A stretch of DNA of 64,000 nucleotides from Phycisphaerae bacterium (GCA_963666925.2 CAXXTC010000005.1:32001-96000), one strand, 5' to 3'; counted from the first letter of the stretch, positions 28,116-40,333 are shown. Translations and numbers: made by a program. Notes: generated by a model from the letters alone, not told the origin.

Positions 28116-29177
28116 ATGCGGATCGCCATCGTCGGATTTCCCTATTCCGGCAAGACATCAGTGTTTATGGCCGCCTCGGGACTCTCTGCGGACCATCATA
28201 AGCCCACCGAGGAAAACCTCGCCGCCGTCCAAGTCCCCGAGCCCCGTCTCGACACCCTCTGGTCAATCTTCAGCCCCAAAAAACGCACCGATGCCAACAT
28301 CGATTTCGTCGACCTGCCCGGCAGCGCCGAGGGGGACGTCGAAAAGGCCGGCCTCGAGAAGCACCTGCCCACGCTGCGTCAGGCCGACGGCCTGGTGCTG
28401 GTCGTACGGGCGTTCGATTCTCCCTCCGTCCCGCCCCACCAGGGCCGGGTCGACCCCGCCCGCGATCTCGGCCAGCTCCGCGACGAGATGCTCCTGGCCG
28501 ACCTGTCGATTTGCAGCACGCGGATCGAGCGAATCGAAAAATCGCTCACCAAGAACCCCAAGGACCGCGATCAGCTCAAACACGAACTCGAATTGCTCCA
28601 ACGCTGCAACGAAGCACTCGAAAACGAGCGGCCCGTGCGGGACGTCATCGACCCCGCCACCGAAGAGAAAACTTTGCGTAGCTTCGGGCTGTTGACGCTC
28701 AAGCCAATTATCACGGTCGTCAACGTCGGCGAAGAGCAAATCGGCCAGGACCCGCCCCTGCAAGACCCACACGCGGCCGCCACGCTCTCCATCTGCGCCG
28801 CCCTCGAGGCCGAACTCATGCAGATGGACCCCGCTGACCGCCCCGGGTTCATGCAGGAATACGGCATCAACGCCCTGGCACGCGACCGGCTCATCCGTGC
28901 CGGCTTCGACGCCCTCGGCATGATCCTCATGTTCACCGCCGGCCCGGAGGAGGTCCGCGGCTGGCCACTGCTCCGCGGCACCACCGCCGTCGAGGCCGCC
29001 GGCAAGATCCACACCGATCTGGCCCGCGGCTTCATCAAGGCCGAAACCATCGCGTTCGACGACCTCCAGGCGGCCGGCTCGATGCGCGACGCCAAGGCCG
29101 CCGGCACCGTCCGCATGGAACCCAAGGGCTATGTCGTCAAGGACGGCGACGTCATCACGATCAAGTTCAATGTCTGA
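28116..29177 (+). CDS. ychF: YchF/OLA1-family ATPase (divergent P-loop)
   Basis: GFPYSGKTS, VPEPRLD, DLPG, NVGE, AAGKIHTDLARGFIKAE, YVVKDGDVITIKFNV. Confidence 0.9.
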   Translation: MRIAIVGFPYSGKTSVFMAASGLSADHHKPTEENLAAVQVPEPRLDTLWSIFSPKKRTDANIDFVDLPGSAEGDVEKAGLEKHLPTLRQADGLVLVVRAFDSPSVPPHQGRVDPARDLGQLRDEMLLADLSICSTRIERIEKSLTKNPKDRDQLKHELELLQRCNEALENERPVRDVIDPATEEKTLRSFGLLTLKPIITVVNVGEEQIGQDPPLQDPHAAATLSICAALEAELMQMDPADRPGFMQEYGINALARDRLIRAGFDALGMILMFTAGPEEVRGWPLLRGTTAVEAAGKIHTDLARGFIKAETIAFDDLQAAGSMRDAKAAGTVRMEPKGYVVKDGDVITIKFNV

Positions 29178-31161
29178 TCGGCAACTCATACGCCAGCTTG
29201 CTCGAAACACCCGGAATAATCCCCGAGCCATTATTCTGCTGGCGATCGGCCTGCTCCTGATCGGCCCTACCCTCACCCTACACGCTCAAAACAGCCTCAC
29301 ACAGGCCGATCTGCTCCGCCGCGCGATCGACCTGGATCGGCTCACGCTCCCGCCGACGGGCGAAACGCCCGAACGCAGCGCCGGAAACATCGAAAAGGAA
29401 CCCGCCGACCCGGACAACTGGCACATTCTGGCCAGCCTGAGAGGCCCCGGCGTCATCACCCGCACCTGGATCCCGTCGCACACGGGCCGACTCCGCATCG
29501 TGATCGACGGCGAGCCGATCATCGACGCCGACCTCGCCCAATGGCACGCCGGCACCGTCGAACCCGTCCAGGCCCCACTGATCGACCGCAGCGGGAATTG
29601 CTACTTCCCCTTCGGGTTCGCCCAATCCGCCCTGATCCTCGCCCAATCCGCTGCCGGCCCGTTTCAGGTCGACCACGTACGCCTCCCGCCGGGCACCACC
29701 GTCCAGCCCTCCGCAAGCCAGCTCGACGAAGCCGCCCAAGCCGCCCGCGAAGACGTCCTCCGCGTCCTGACCATGGGCCTTGGAAACAAGCAGCTCTTCG
29801 GCCAGCGCCGCCGAATGCCCGTCGCCCAGCAGCAGGATCTAAAGCCCGGCGAAACGCTGTGCGAAACGCTCGATTTCCCCGGCACCATCCGCGCCTTCTA
29901 TGTCGCCCAAACCGACCACGGCGAGCCGGGAGATCCCTATCCGCTACATCGCTGCCGGCTGAGATTCTGGTTCGACGACGCCAAGGATCCGCAGATCGAC
30001 GTCCCGCTGATCGACTTTTTCGGCTGCGGCTTCGACGTCACCCCGGCCAACAGCCTTATCGCCGGCACCGACCTGCCCCTGCCGGTTCCGCTGCCCGATC
30101 GCCACAGCGGCCGCGACCGCTTCATGTACGGCTACCTGCCGATGCCGTTCCACCAAGGCGTGCGCATCGAAATCGAAAACCTCAACCGCGGGCGCAAACC
30201 GCTCGGCCTGCTGCTCTACCTGGAGGTCGAGCCGCAAGCTCCGCCGGCCGACGCGCTGCACCTGCACGCCGGCTTTCGCTGCTACTACCCCGCACCGACC
30301 GAGCAGCTCACGCTGTTCAAGTCCCGTTCAACCGCCCGAATCGTCGGCTGGGTGCTCAGCGTTGATTGCCCCCAGCCTGGCTGGTGGACGAGCGCCAGCC
30401 AGCAACTCGCGCTGCCCAGCACAGCCATCGCCCAGAACCCGGACCAAGCCGCCCACTGCTTTGGCCAGACCACACCACTGCGTCACTTGGTTGATCCGCT
30501 CGCGGGCGTCACCCGCGCTGGCCCATTCAGCAAGAGTTCCGCCTATCGCTGGCTGCTCTCCGACGCACCCGCCACCACCGCCGGCCTGCACTGGACCATC
30601 GACAACCAGCCCCCCGCCGGCGCCGGTGACGTTTACCTCGCCAGCCTGGTCTACTGGTATGGCGACCCCGCCGCCCGCGGGAGCTTCCCCTCGCTCGAGC
30701 GTGAGGATTTCCGCGTGCCGGGGTTGCGTATTCCCGGCTCCGTCGAGATCGAGGACCACGTCCTGGGCCGCGACTGGGGCAGCGTGATCCGCCAGCAACA
30801 CGCGGGCGACGTCGAGTTATCGGGCCAACTGGCCATACATTTCGCGACCAGTGAGCCCGTGTCGGTGGTCATCCCGAGTGACCGCGATCGTCGGGTGAAG
30901 CTGCTGCTGCGCGCAAATCCGCGCCGACCGTTTGAAACAATCACAGTTAAGGATTCAGCCGGCCGCCAGATCGCCACCATCAACTACGATCGCCGGCCGG
31001 CCGGCATCTACCCCGTCGGCACGCTCGAACTCAACGCCGGCAACAACACCGTCACGATACAATGCACCAAACCAGCCATGCTCGACTGCTGGATCATCGA
31101 AGACGCCAAAGATACCGGGGAAAGTGCTGCACAAACGCTCCGACCCGCTGCTACACCCTGA
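29170..31161 (+). CDS. DUF2961 / GH172-like exported protein
   Basis: GPGVITRTW, GNCYFPFGF, IDVPLIDFFGCG, YLPMPFHQGVRIEIEN, AYRW...D, SLVYWY. Confidence 0.75.
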   Translation: MSDRQLIRQLARNTRNNPRAIILLAIGLLLIGPTLTLHAQNSLTQADLLRRAIDLDRLTLPPTGETPERSAGNIEKEPADPDNWHILASLRGPGVITRTWIPSHTGRLRIVIDGEPIIDADLAQWHAGTVEPVQAPLIDRSGNCYFPFGFAQSALILAQSAAGPFQVDHVRLPPGTTVQPSASQLDEAAQAAREDVLRVLTMGLGNKQLFGQRRRMPVAQQQDLKPGETLCETLDFPGTIRAFYVAQTDHGEPGDPYPLHRCRLRFWFDDAKDPQIDVPLIDFFGCGFDVTPANSLIAGTDLPLPVPLPDRHSGRDRFMYGYLPMPFHQGVRIEIENLNRGRKPLGLLLYLEVEPQAPPADALHLHAGFRCYYPAPTEQLTLFKSRSTARIVGWVLSVDCPQPGWWTSASQQLALPSTAIAQNPDQAAHCFGQTTPLRHLVDPLAGVTRAGPFSKSSAYRWLLSDAPATTAGLHWTIDNQPPAGAGDVYLASLVYWYGDPAARGSFPSLEREDFRVPGLRIPGSVEIEDHVLGRDWGSVIRQQHAGDVELSGQLAIHFATSEPVSVVIPSDRDRRVKLLLRANPRRPFETITVKDSAGRQIATINYDRRPAGIYPVGTLELNAGNNTVTIQCTKPAMLDCWIIEDAKDTGESAAQTLRPAATP

Positions 31162-31200
31162 GCAAACCGCCGGGCCGACAGCCCGCCCGGCCGCCCAACC

Positions 31201-31833
31201 ATGGAAATCGATCTACACCAATTGCCGATTCCTGACTGGGACCTGTTCTGCCCAAACTGCCGATTCCCGCTGCGCGGCCTGCCCCAGCCACGCTGCCCCG
31301 AGTGCGGCACAACCTTCGACGTAGCCGACCTGGTGTGCCCCTGGACCCGCCTGCGCGACCCGCTTTTCACCGGCCAGGAACTACCCGTACCCGACTTCGG
31401 CATCGACTGTGAATACTGCGGCGCACCACTGGCCGATGCAGCCCAACCCTACTGCCCCGCCTGCGCCGCCCCCTTCAATCTCGAAAACTACCGCCCGCAG
31501 AAGCCCTGGTTCCTGCTCGATGCCGAGCTCTGCGAACCATTGCCAATGCCGGCCATCCAGGCCCGGCTCGCTCAGGAATATGTCCCCCATGTCGTCATCG
31601 ACGAAAAAACGATTCGCGACATCTACGTCGGCCAGGACATGACCCGCACCCGCCTGCGCATCCCCAGCGAGTTCTACTTCGACGTCCGCTGGCTCATTCA
31701 ACGCGTCCGCGAGGAAATCCGCGATGTCCAGGCCGCCGAGCCCGGCGCCGAATGGACCTGCCCCCACTGCGGCGAGGAAAACCCCGCCCACTTCGAAGTC
31801 TGCTGGAACTGCCAGGCCGCCCGCGACAACTGA
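31201..31833 (+). CDS. Multi zinc-ribbon protein
   Basis: Six CxxC pairs; C-terminal RanBP2-like WTCPHCGEEN...CWNC. Confidence 0.8.
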   Translation: MEIDLHQLPIPDWDLFCPNCRFPLRGLPQPRCPECGTTFDVADLVCPWTRLRDPLFTGQELPVPDFGIDCEYCGAPLADAAQPYCPACAAPFNLENYRPQKPWFLLDAELCEPLPMPAIQARLAQEYVPHVVIDEKTIRDIYVGQDMTRTRLRIPSEFYFDVRWLIQRVREEIRDVQAAEPGAEWTCPHCGEENPAHFEVCWNCQAARDN

Positions 31834-31845
31834 TCCCCCCCGCGT

Positions 31846-32265
31846 CTATTCACCCAGAAGCTGAACCACCACCGTCCGCTCCCGCTCCCGCGTGTCAAAA
31901 TCGATCAGTACGATCTGCTGCCACGTCCCCAGCGTCAGCTTCCCGTCCACCACCGGCACCGTCAACGACGGCCCCAGCGACGACGCCCGCACGTGGGCAT
32001 GGCCGTTATCGTCGTGCCAGGTCTCCTCGTGCACATACCGCGCGTCCGCGGGGGCAATCCGCTCATAAAACGCCTTCAGATCGTGGTTAAGCAGTCCCGG
32101 CTCCGCCTCGGTGGTCGTGATACCCGCCGTCGACCCGACCACGAACACCACCGCGATACCGCTGTGCAGCCCCGCTCCCGCCACGATCCGCTGCACCTCC
32201 CCGCTGATATCCAGCACGTGCCCGTTGCCCCGTGTCGCAATCCGAATCCGATCGCTGTGCGTCAT
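31846..32265 (-). CDS. yjbQ: YjbQ/UPF0047 family protein
   Basis: GSTAGITTTE, NGHAHVRAS, LGTWQQIVLIDFD. Confidence 0.9.
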   Translation of the reverse strand: MTHSDRIRIATRGNGHVLDISGEVQRIVAGAGLHSGIAVVFVVGSTAGITTTEAEPGLLNHDLKAFYERIAPADARYVHEETWHDDNGHAHVRASSLGPSLTVPVVDGKLTLGTWQQIVLIDFDTRERERTVVVQLLGE

Positions 32266-32324
32266 ATTCGCTCCTCGCTGGCCCTGCCCCGCAGCTGCGG
32301 GTTGGCTCGCATCCGCCGGTTCGG

Positions 32325-32344
32325 TACACTCCCCGGTCAGTGTA
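32325..32344. promoter_or_regulatory. Inverted pair of -10-like hexamers between divergent genes
   Basis: TACACT-N8-AGTGTA; the minus-strand copy has an extended TG. Confidence 0.5.
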
Positions 32345-32456
32345 GCATCCCCGGCCGCGGCAGCGGGCAGCGGCGGCGAAGATGCTGCGGCCGATATCGT
32401 CTGCGTACCGCGTGCCCGCGGCAAATCTGCGCACCCGTCCGCCGAGAACAAGCTAC

Positions 32457-33602
32457 ATGAATACAGCACCCATGTCAGATGATCACCGCGTGCTCGTACA
32501 GGGCGTCCACGACTACGCCTGCGGCGAGCTTCTCGAACTCGACCACGAATGGGACAAACACGAACGCTCCTGCTGCGAACGCCTCAGCCAGCTCTACGAA
32601 ATGGGCCTGATGGCGCTACGCGTGCCCGAATCCAACGGCGGGCTCGAATGCCCCATGGTGCCCTATGCCCACATCATCCGCGAGTTGGCCTACGCCTCGC
32701 CCGCTGTCGCCGTCACCGTCAGCGTCCACAACATGGTTTGTGAAGCCGTCAAGATGTTCGCCAACCCCGAGCTGCGTAGCCGCATGCTGACCCAGCTCGC
32801 CACCGACGACAACCTCGCCGCCTTCGCCATCAGCGAACCCGACGCCGGCTCCGACCCCGGATGCGCCAAAACCCGTGCAAACGAAACCACCGGCGGCTGG
32901 AAAATCACCGGCACCAAATTCTGGGTCACCAACGGAATCACCGGACGCTGGTTCATCGTCCTCGCCCGCACCGGCGACACCGGCACACACCGCGACCTCA
33001 GCATGTTCCTCGTCGACGCCCGCCAGGACGGCGTCCAACGCCAGCCAATCCATGGAAAAATGGGCATCCGCGGATCCGAAACCGGCGAAATGGTCCTCGA
33101 CGACGTATTCGTCCCCCGCGAAAACCTCCTCGGCGAACTCGGCGACGGACTCAAAATCGCCCTCTCCGCACTCGACGGTGGACGCATCGGCATTGCCTCA
33201 CAGGCCGTCGGCATCGCCCAGGCCTGCATCGATCACATGGTCAGCTACGCCCGCGAGCGCCAGCAGTTCCGCCGACCAATCGCCGACTTCCAGGCTATCC
33301 AGTGGATGATCGCCGACAGCGAAACCGAACTGCACGCTTCACAACTGCTCGTCGATCACGCCGCCGCCTGCAAAGAGGCCGACGAGGCCTTCACCCAGCC
33401 CGCGTCCATGGCCAAACTGTTCGCCACCGAGGCCGCCAATCGCATCGCCTACCGCGCCGTGCAAATCCATGGCGGCTCGGGCTACATCAACGAGTGCCGC
33501 GTCGAACAGCTTTATCGCGACGCCCGCATCACCACCATTTACGAAGGCACCAGCGAGATTCAGCGCCTGGTCATCGCGCGCGAGGCCCTGCGCCCTGAAT
33601 GA
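32457..33602 (+). CDS. Acyl-CoA dehydrogenase
   Basis: FAISEPDAGSD, GTKFWVTNG, KMGIRGS, ERQQFRRPI, IHGGSGY, IYEGTSEIQR; start 32457 or 32472. Confidence 0.95.
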   Translation: MNTAPMSDDHRVLVQGVHDYACGELLELDHEWDKHERSCCERLSQLYEMGLMALRVPESNGGLECPMVPYAHIIRELAYASPAVAVTVSVHNMVCEAVKMFANPELRSRMLTQLATDDNLAAFAISEPDAGSDPGCAKTRANETTGGWKITGTKFWVTNGITGRWFIVLARTGDTGTHRDLSMFLVDARQDGVQRQPIHGKMGIRGSETGEMVLDDVFVPRENLLGELGDGLKIALSALDGGRIGIASQAVGIAQACIDHMVSYARERQQFRRPIADFQAIQWMIADSETELHASQLLVDHAAACKEADEAFTQPASMAKLFATEAANRIAYRAVQIHGGSGYINECRVEQLYRDARITTIYEGTSEIQRLVIAREALRPE

Positions 33603-33618
33603 ATACCGCGCCAGAACC

Positions 33619-35085
33619 CTACTCGATTTCAGCCGTCAGCCGGAACGACGTTATCACCGCCCGGCAACCGCTGTTCGTAATTAACTCGCCCCTCACGACG
33701 TACTGGCCCGGATCGCGACCCGGGTAGATCAACCGCCCCTCAATCGTCACATAACCAACGCCCAGGGCGGTCGCGATCTGTTCGAACGCCGCTTGCAGCT
33801 CCTCGTTGTTGCTCGCTTCCGCAAACGCCCCCTCGGTCTCCACGGCCACCCGCTGCAATTCGGAGAAATCAACCTCGCTGCCCATCCCGATCGTGCACAC
33901 ACGCGAGAACTGATTGGTAGCGGTCTCGATCACGTCGTCCGCATCGTGGGTACTCAGCGTATCCCCACCATCGGTCATCAACACCACCACGCCACCGAGA
34001 ACGATGTGTTCATCCAACATCGCTAGCGCATCCATCGCCGAGTCCCACAGCGGAGTCCCGCCATCTGCGTCCAGCAGCTCCAGCGCCGCGCGCAGATCCG
34101 TCTGGTCACTCGTGAAATCCTGCAAAACGCGCGAGGCGTGATACAGACCATCGTCCCCCGGAAACGCCAGCACCGCCGCCTCGTCATCCTCCGGATCCAT
34201 CTGACTGATCAACGCCAGCCCCCCCGCCTGACGCCCCGTACCATCCGGATCGTTCCACGCCATGCTCCCGGAACAGTCGAAATCCAGCACCGCCGTCAGG
34301 GCCGCCGCCTCGGGCAGATGCACCGTCACCCGCACCACGGCCGGGTTGTTCACGTAATGACTCAGCCCGCCGCCCACGGGGATCAGACGCACGTTGCGAA
34401 ACTCAAAGTTCGATACGTCCAGCCCGTCTTCGATCAGGTTCCCGAAAACGTCCTGAACCGACAGCGAGATCTCCAGCTCACCCTCATACGTAGTCAGCCG
34501 CGCCGCGCCGCCCACCTGCGGGGCCGTAAACACCGGCGTCTCCAGGCTGGGTACGAACACGATCGCGTCATCAGCGCCGGCCACCCCATCCGGGTCCGTT
34601 ACCGTAAGCCGAAACTCCAACATGCAGGTGTCGGGGGTCTCCGCTACGGTAAACCGCGCCCGCGACTTGTCGGCGTCCAGGATCGTTACGCGGGTGTCCG
34701 AATCGTCCACCTGCTTCCATCGCCAGGTAACCTCGGATATGTCGTACTCTGAACTCTCCTGCATATACGTACCGCTACCGTCCAGCACCACCTCGTCGCC
34801 CGGATACGCCGACTGCGCTCCGCCCGCATCCACGATGAACGACAACCCCACGCCCGCCGGCCCCTCAGAGCCGGTCGCGCCCGTAGCACCCTGAAGCCCC
34901 CGTGGGCCTTCCTCCCCCTGTTCGCCCTGTGCGCCGGTCGCGCCCTCCACAACCGTCGGTGACTCCTGAGCCGTCTGCTCGTCGTCGCCTCCGCCGGTCG
35001 CAGATGTCGAATCCGTCGGACAGCCGCCGACAACAAGCACCAAAACCATAACCGGAATCAGCGGAAGGATAGGTGAGGATCGCAT
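33619..35085 (-). CDS. Lipoprotein with collagen-like repeat, PKD-like and VWA domains
   Basis: VVGGCP lipobox; GATGAQGEQGEEGPRGLQGATGATGSEGPAG; VLDGSG..W.W.QV; MIDAS DCSGS, GGTPLWD, MTDG. Confidence 0.85.
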   Translation of the reverse strand: MRSSPILPLIPVMVLVLVVGGCPTDSTSATGGGDDEQTAQESPTVVEGATGAQGEQGEEGPRGLQGATGATGSEGPAGVGLSFIVDAGGAQSAYPGDEVVLDGSGTYMQESSEYDISEVTWRWKQVDDSDTRVTILDADKSRARFTVAETPDTCMLEFRLTVTDPDGVAGADDAIVFVPSLETPVFTAPQVGGAARLTTYEGELEISLSVQDVFGNLIEDGLDVSNFEFRNVRLIPVGGGLSHYVNNPAVVRVTVHLPEAAALTAVLDFDCSGSMAWNDPDGTGRQAGGLALISQMDPEDDEAAVLAFPGDDGLYHASRVLQDFTSDQTDLRAALELLDADGGTPLWDSAMDALAMLDEHIVLGGVVVLMTDGGDTLSTHDADDVIETATNQFSRVCTIGMGSEVDFSELQRVAVETEGAFAEASNNEELQAAFEQIATALGVGYVTIEGRLIYPGRDPGQYVVRGELITNSGCRAVITSFRLTAEIE

Positions 35086-35206
35086 GATGAAGCCTCCCGC
35101 CAGGCCTCATCGCAGTCCGGCACGGCGCGAGGAGGCCCGGACCTCGTGCACAAGCGAGCAACCGGGCCGCACAAACCTCCGCACGGCCACTCGACCCGCC
35201 GACCAC

Positions 35207-35212
35207 ATTATA
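35207..35212 (-). promoter_or_regulatory. -10 element for the VWA gene
   Basis: TATAAT on the minus strand in the intergenic region. Confidence 0.45.
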
Positions 35213-35287
35213 CCCTCCCCGCATACCCGCACCAACCGTCACTGAGCCGGTGCGGGTAGCGGAGCAAGGACCGGTCATATCCTCTTT

Positions 35288-37459
35288 CTAGGCGTCACCG
35301 ACCAGGGCTTCAATAAACCCATCGATGTCGTCGAAGTTGACCACACCGTTGCCGTCCAAATCAGCGTTCATGTATTCACAATCCGGATAGTCCGCCTCGT
35401 ACTGCGCCTGATCCACCAGCGCCAGCACAAACGGGTCTATATCGTCAAAGTTGACAAACGCGTCGCAGTTCATGTCGCCGGGAACCTGGTCGGGTGACTC
35501 GAGCCCCCACAACTCCACGTCGTCGATGTTCCAGCCACAATACTGCCAACTGTAATCCGTTGGCCCAATAGTCCAACGCAGATACACAGTCGGCTGGCCA
35601 TCGGCATACGTCGCGATGTCAAACTCCTGCGCCACCCAGGCACCGTCGCTGATCTCCTGCTCGTTCTCCCACAGCGTGGTCCAGTTGACACCGTCATTGC
35701 TGATCCGCAAGTACGCGTGATCGTACGACGGCTGTTCAACACCCAGCCAGCGCCAGAAACGCAACGAGAGTGCGCCGAGGTTGCTGCAATCGATGGCTCT
35801 CGTCGTCAGGTGCGTCTCTTCCAACTGATTCTCATAATCGCCGCTCAGGTTGTACCCATACACGTTGTCGCCCGTATAGCCGCTGGTCGGGTCTGGATCG
35901 CCGTAGTCGCCACCACCACCAGTCGGCTCGCCCCAGGCCCACAGCCCTTCCGTGGTCCAGCCCGGGTTGGTGTCCATCGTCCACTCCAGCACCTTGCTCG
36001 GCTCACCAACGCGTAGCGATACCGTCCGCTCCGTATCACCCTCGTGCGTCGTCAGGTTCACGAAGCTGATCACGTCGCTGTAGGCCCCGATCGGGAACGA
36101 ATCCGCCAGCGAGTTGATCGCCACCGTCACCGTCGCCGTACCACTCGCTGACAACACTCCCGCGCCACCCGTAATGGTAACCCAGGATTGCATACCGGTA
36201 ACCTCATACTCGATCTCGTACTCTTCCAGGTTCTCAATCTCAAAATCCACGCTCGCCGGCGTGAACGGCCCACCAGGATCACCGGTAGCCGTCAGCCCAT
36301 TCCCCGGCGTAACGCGGATCCCGATCATCGGAATGCACGAGCCCGTCGGGTTAGCCAGCGCGTTCTGCAATCCGCTGTGGTTAGCACCGGTACCCACGTT
36401 GTAGCCATCGTACCCACACCCGCCATGGGTATGGATGCCGATCGCCTCACCAGTCTCCTCCAGCACCACCGGCGAGCCCGAATTACCGCCCGTCGTGTCC
36501 GTCGTGTAACCCACCAGCGTATCATCGAAGACCGCGTAGGGCCCCACGTGCGTCTTCTGTACCTGCTCCCATTCGTACGGTATCGGCGAATACACTACCC
36601 CATAACCCGTGATCCGAATCGATTGGTCCGTTACACTCGGCGGCATCGCCAGCGTATACCACGCACCCTGCACCTCGACCGGGTACAGCCCGGTGTTCGA
36701 GTTCGGGTAGCAGCCGAAATAGCCCCAGTCGTCTCCTTGCCCCAATCCGCCGTTGGTCTGCAACGAATCCATGTCAATCGCGTACTGATCCTCCGGGCCG
36801 GGATGGTTCAGCGAGCCGTCCGAATCAGACAGCGGCACGTTGAACTCAACCGTATCGTTCGAATCGGTGCAGTGACCCGCGGTGAGAAAGCAGTGATTGC
36901 AATCGTCAATCATCCACGCCGTACAGCCACCCGGCAACAAACGTCCCTGGCGATCGTCATACGACAGGACACGATCATCATCGTCACCACAAATCGATCG
37001 CTCACCGCCGCCCAGCGTCTGCCCGGTAATAGCTTGGCTGATCGATACGCGATTGCGGCCCGTACCCGGATAGGCCACCAATTCGACCGTCACCGCGTCC
37101 CCATTGAAGTACGCCGACGTGTAACGCCACTGCCGCAGATGCTCGGCATTGAGATATTGATAGGCGCCATCAAGCTCGGACGTGATCAGCAGGTACGATT
37201 CCTGCCCGCTGCCAACCGTGCCGGCCAACTCCGCCCGATCAAAATGCACACGCAGCCAACTCGCTCCCGGCACAACTACACGTTTGGAATACACCACCGC
37301 CGCGTCGCGCGTCGTGTTCTCCACGAAACCCGAATCCAGCGACAGGGCCATCTTCTGGAACTGCATACCGGCTTCCTGTCCGACGGCCTCCGCCGACAGG
37401 CCGCTCAACATCAGCGCCACCAGCGCACCGGCGCTGATCGTCATCATCCCTTTGCGCAT
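35288..37459 (-). CDS. Secreted trypsin-like (S1) serine protease with BACON/MAM-like and dockerin-like domains
   Basis: LTAGHC, GGNSGSPV; C-terminal GDMNCDAFVNFDDIDPF...DLDGNGVVNFDDIDGF duplicated Ca-loop. Confidence 0.88.
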   Translation of the reverse strand: MRKGMMTISAGALVALMLSGLSAEAVGQEAGMQFQKMALSLDSGFVENTTRDAAVVYSKRVVVPGASWLRVHFDRAELAGTVGSGQESYLLITSELDGAYQYLNAEHLRQWRYTSAYFNGDAVTVELVAYPGTGRNRVSISQAITGQTLGGGERSICGDDDDRVLSYDDRQGRLLPGGCTAWMIDDCNHCFLTAGHCTDSNDTVEFNVPLSDSDGSLNHPGPEDQYAIDMDSLQTNGGLGQGDDWGYFGCYPNSNTGLYPVEVQGAWYTLAMPPSVTDQSIRITGYGVVYSPIPYEWEQVQKTHVGPYAVFDDTLVGYTTDTTGGNSGSPVVLEETGEAIGIHTHGGCGYDGYNVGTGANHSGLQNALANPTGSCIPMIGIRVTPGNGLTATGDPGGPFTPASVDFEIENLEEYEIEYEVTGMQSWVTITGGAGVLSASGTATVTVAINSLADSFPIGAYSDVISFVNLTTHEGDTERTVSLRVGEPSKVLEWTMDTNPGWTTEGLWAWGEPTGGGGDYGDPDPTSGYTGDNVYGYNLSGDYENQLEETHLTTRAIDCSNLGALSLRFWRWLGVEQPSYDHAYLRISNDGVNWTTLWENEQEISDGAWVAQEFDIATYADGQPTVYLRWTIGPTDYSWQYCGWNIDDVELWGLESPDQVPGDMNCDAFVNFDDIDPFVLALVDQAQYEADYPDCEYMNADLDGNGVVNFDDIDGFIEALVGDA

Positions 37460-37634
37460 CTTCGTAAAACTCCGTTTGATGGGCACACCTGCCGCACCGC
37501 CCGCCGACAATCCCCACGGATCGCCGCCAGCGGCCGGACGATATGCCAAGCCGTCATCCCAGTGCTATTTATGAGGTTAGATCGTCGTAGCGGGTGAAGC
37601 AAGCAATTTCCGCATCCCGGATTACCGGACCCGC

Positions 37635-38144
37635 TCAGCCCGGCACCACCCCACCCATCTGTTCATTCCCCAGCGCATACAGACCCCGCACATCCGACTT
37701 CTCGTTCATGTGCGCCGCAACCACTTCGCCAACGAATATCACGTGATCGCCCGTTTCAAACTCGCCCACCAGTCGACATTCAAAGTTCGCCACCGCATCC
37801 GCCAGCAGAACACCGTCGATCTCCCGCGCCGGCTGCGTTTGCGTCCCGCACCGGGCCAGCTTGTCCTGCGACCGCCCCGACTCCGTCCCGTGATAGCACG
37901 CATCCGCCTCCATCGACGACGCCGGGAAACTCAACACAAACTCCCGCGCCGACCGCAACGCCCCCAGCGAATGACGCGTCTTCCCGATCGAGATCGCCAG
38001 CATCGGCGGCTCGTGCGAGGTGTTCATGAACCAGCACAGCGTTATCGGGTTGTATTTGCCCTGCGCATCTTTCGCGATCGCAATCGCAACCCCCTCCGGA
38101 TACTTGCGCCGCAGCGCCTCGTCGTAAGACACTCTGACCTGCAT
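37635..38144 (-). CDS. Flavin reductase-like protein
   Basis: SHEPPMLAISI, SGRSQDK, ECRL...TGDHVIFVGEV. Confidence 0.9.
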   Translation of the reverse strand: MQVRVSYDEALRRKYPEGVAIAIAKDAQGKYNPITLCWFMNTSHEPPMLAISIGKTRHSLGALRSAREFVLSFPASSMEADACYHGTESGRSQDKLARCGTQTQPAREIDGVLLADAVANFECRLVGEFETGDHVIFVGEVVAAHMNEKSDVRGLYALGNEQMGGVVPG

Positions 38145-38492
38145 GTCGTTCTCCCGGGAACTTCCGATAGCGAATCTCTGCGTATCGGTCAGAGACCAGC
38201 ATACCCGCCCCGGGTTGAACAACCACCCCAGCGCACTAAAACGGCCACGCGCAGCACCTGGCCGCCGCTCTTATCAGACCCCGGCAACCTCCCGACAACT
38301 CTAGCCCTTGAAAGACAACAGCCAGCCGAATTGGGTCGATGTTGGATGAACAAAGGGGTGCCTGATGGACTGTGCCTGATCCGCCCTAGCTGGATCCGAC
38401 CGTGTCAACAGGCAGTGGGAAAGCGTGCCGGAGGGGCGCAGCCGTTGGCAACGTTGCCGATGGAGTAGTCGCCATGATGTCAGAGCACGACC

Positions 38493-40120
<1,628 letters not shown>

Positions 40121-40121
<1 letters not shown>

Positions 40122-40333
40122 TGTCCGAAACCATGTATCAATGTCGTGATTGCGGTGCTCAGTTCGAACTGGCCGTGATCGATCCGAACCGGCCAGACGA
40201 GCCGGCGTGTCCGGTTTGCGGCAGCAGCCGCGGGATTGTTCAGAGTCGCCCCGCAGAGGACAACGCACTGCCGAAGTTCCTCAGCCAGCGGGACCTGCGT
40301 GAGCGGAAACGGAGCTGCCGCCGGTCGATATGA
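40121..40333 (+). CDS. FmdB-family zinc-ribbon protein
   Basis: YQCRDCGAQFE...CPVCGS; TAATG overlap with the kinase stop. Confidence 0.75.
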
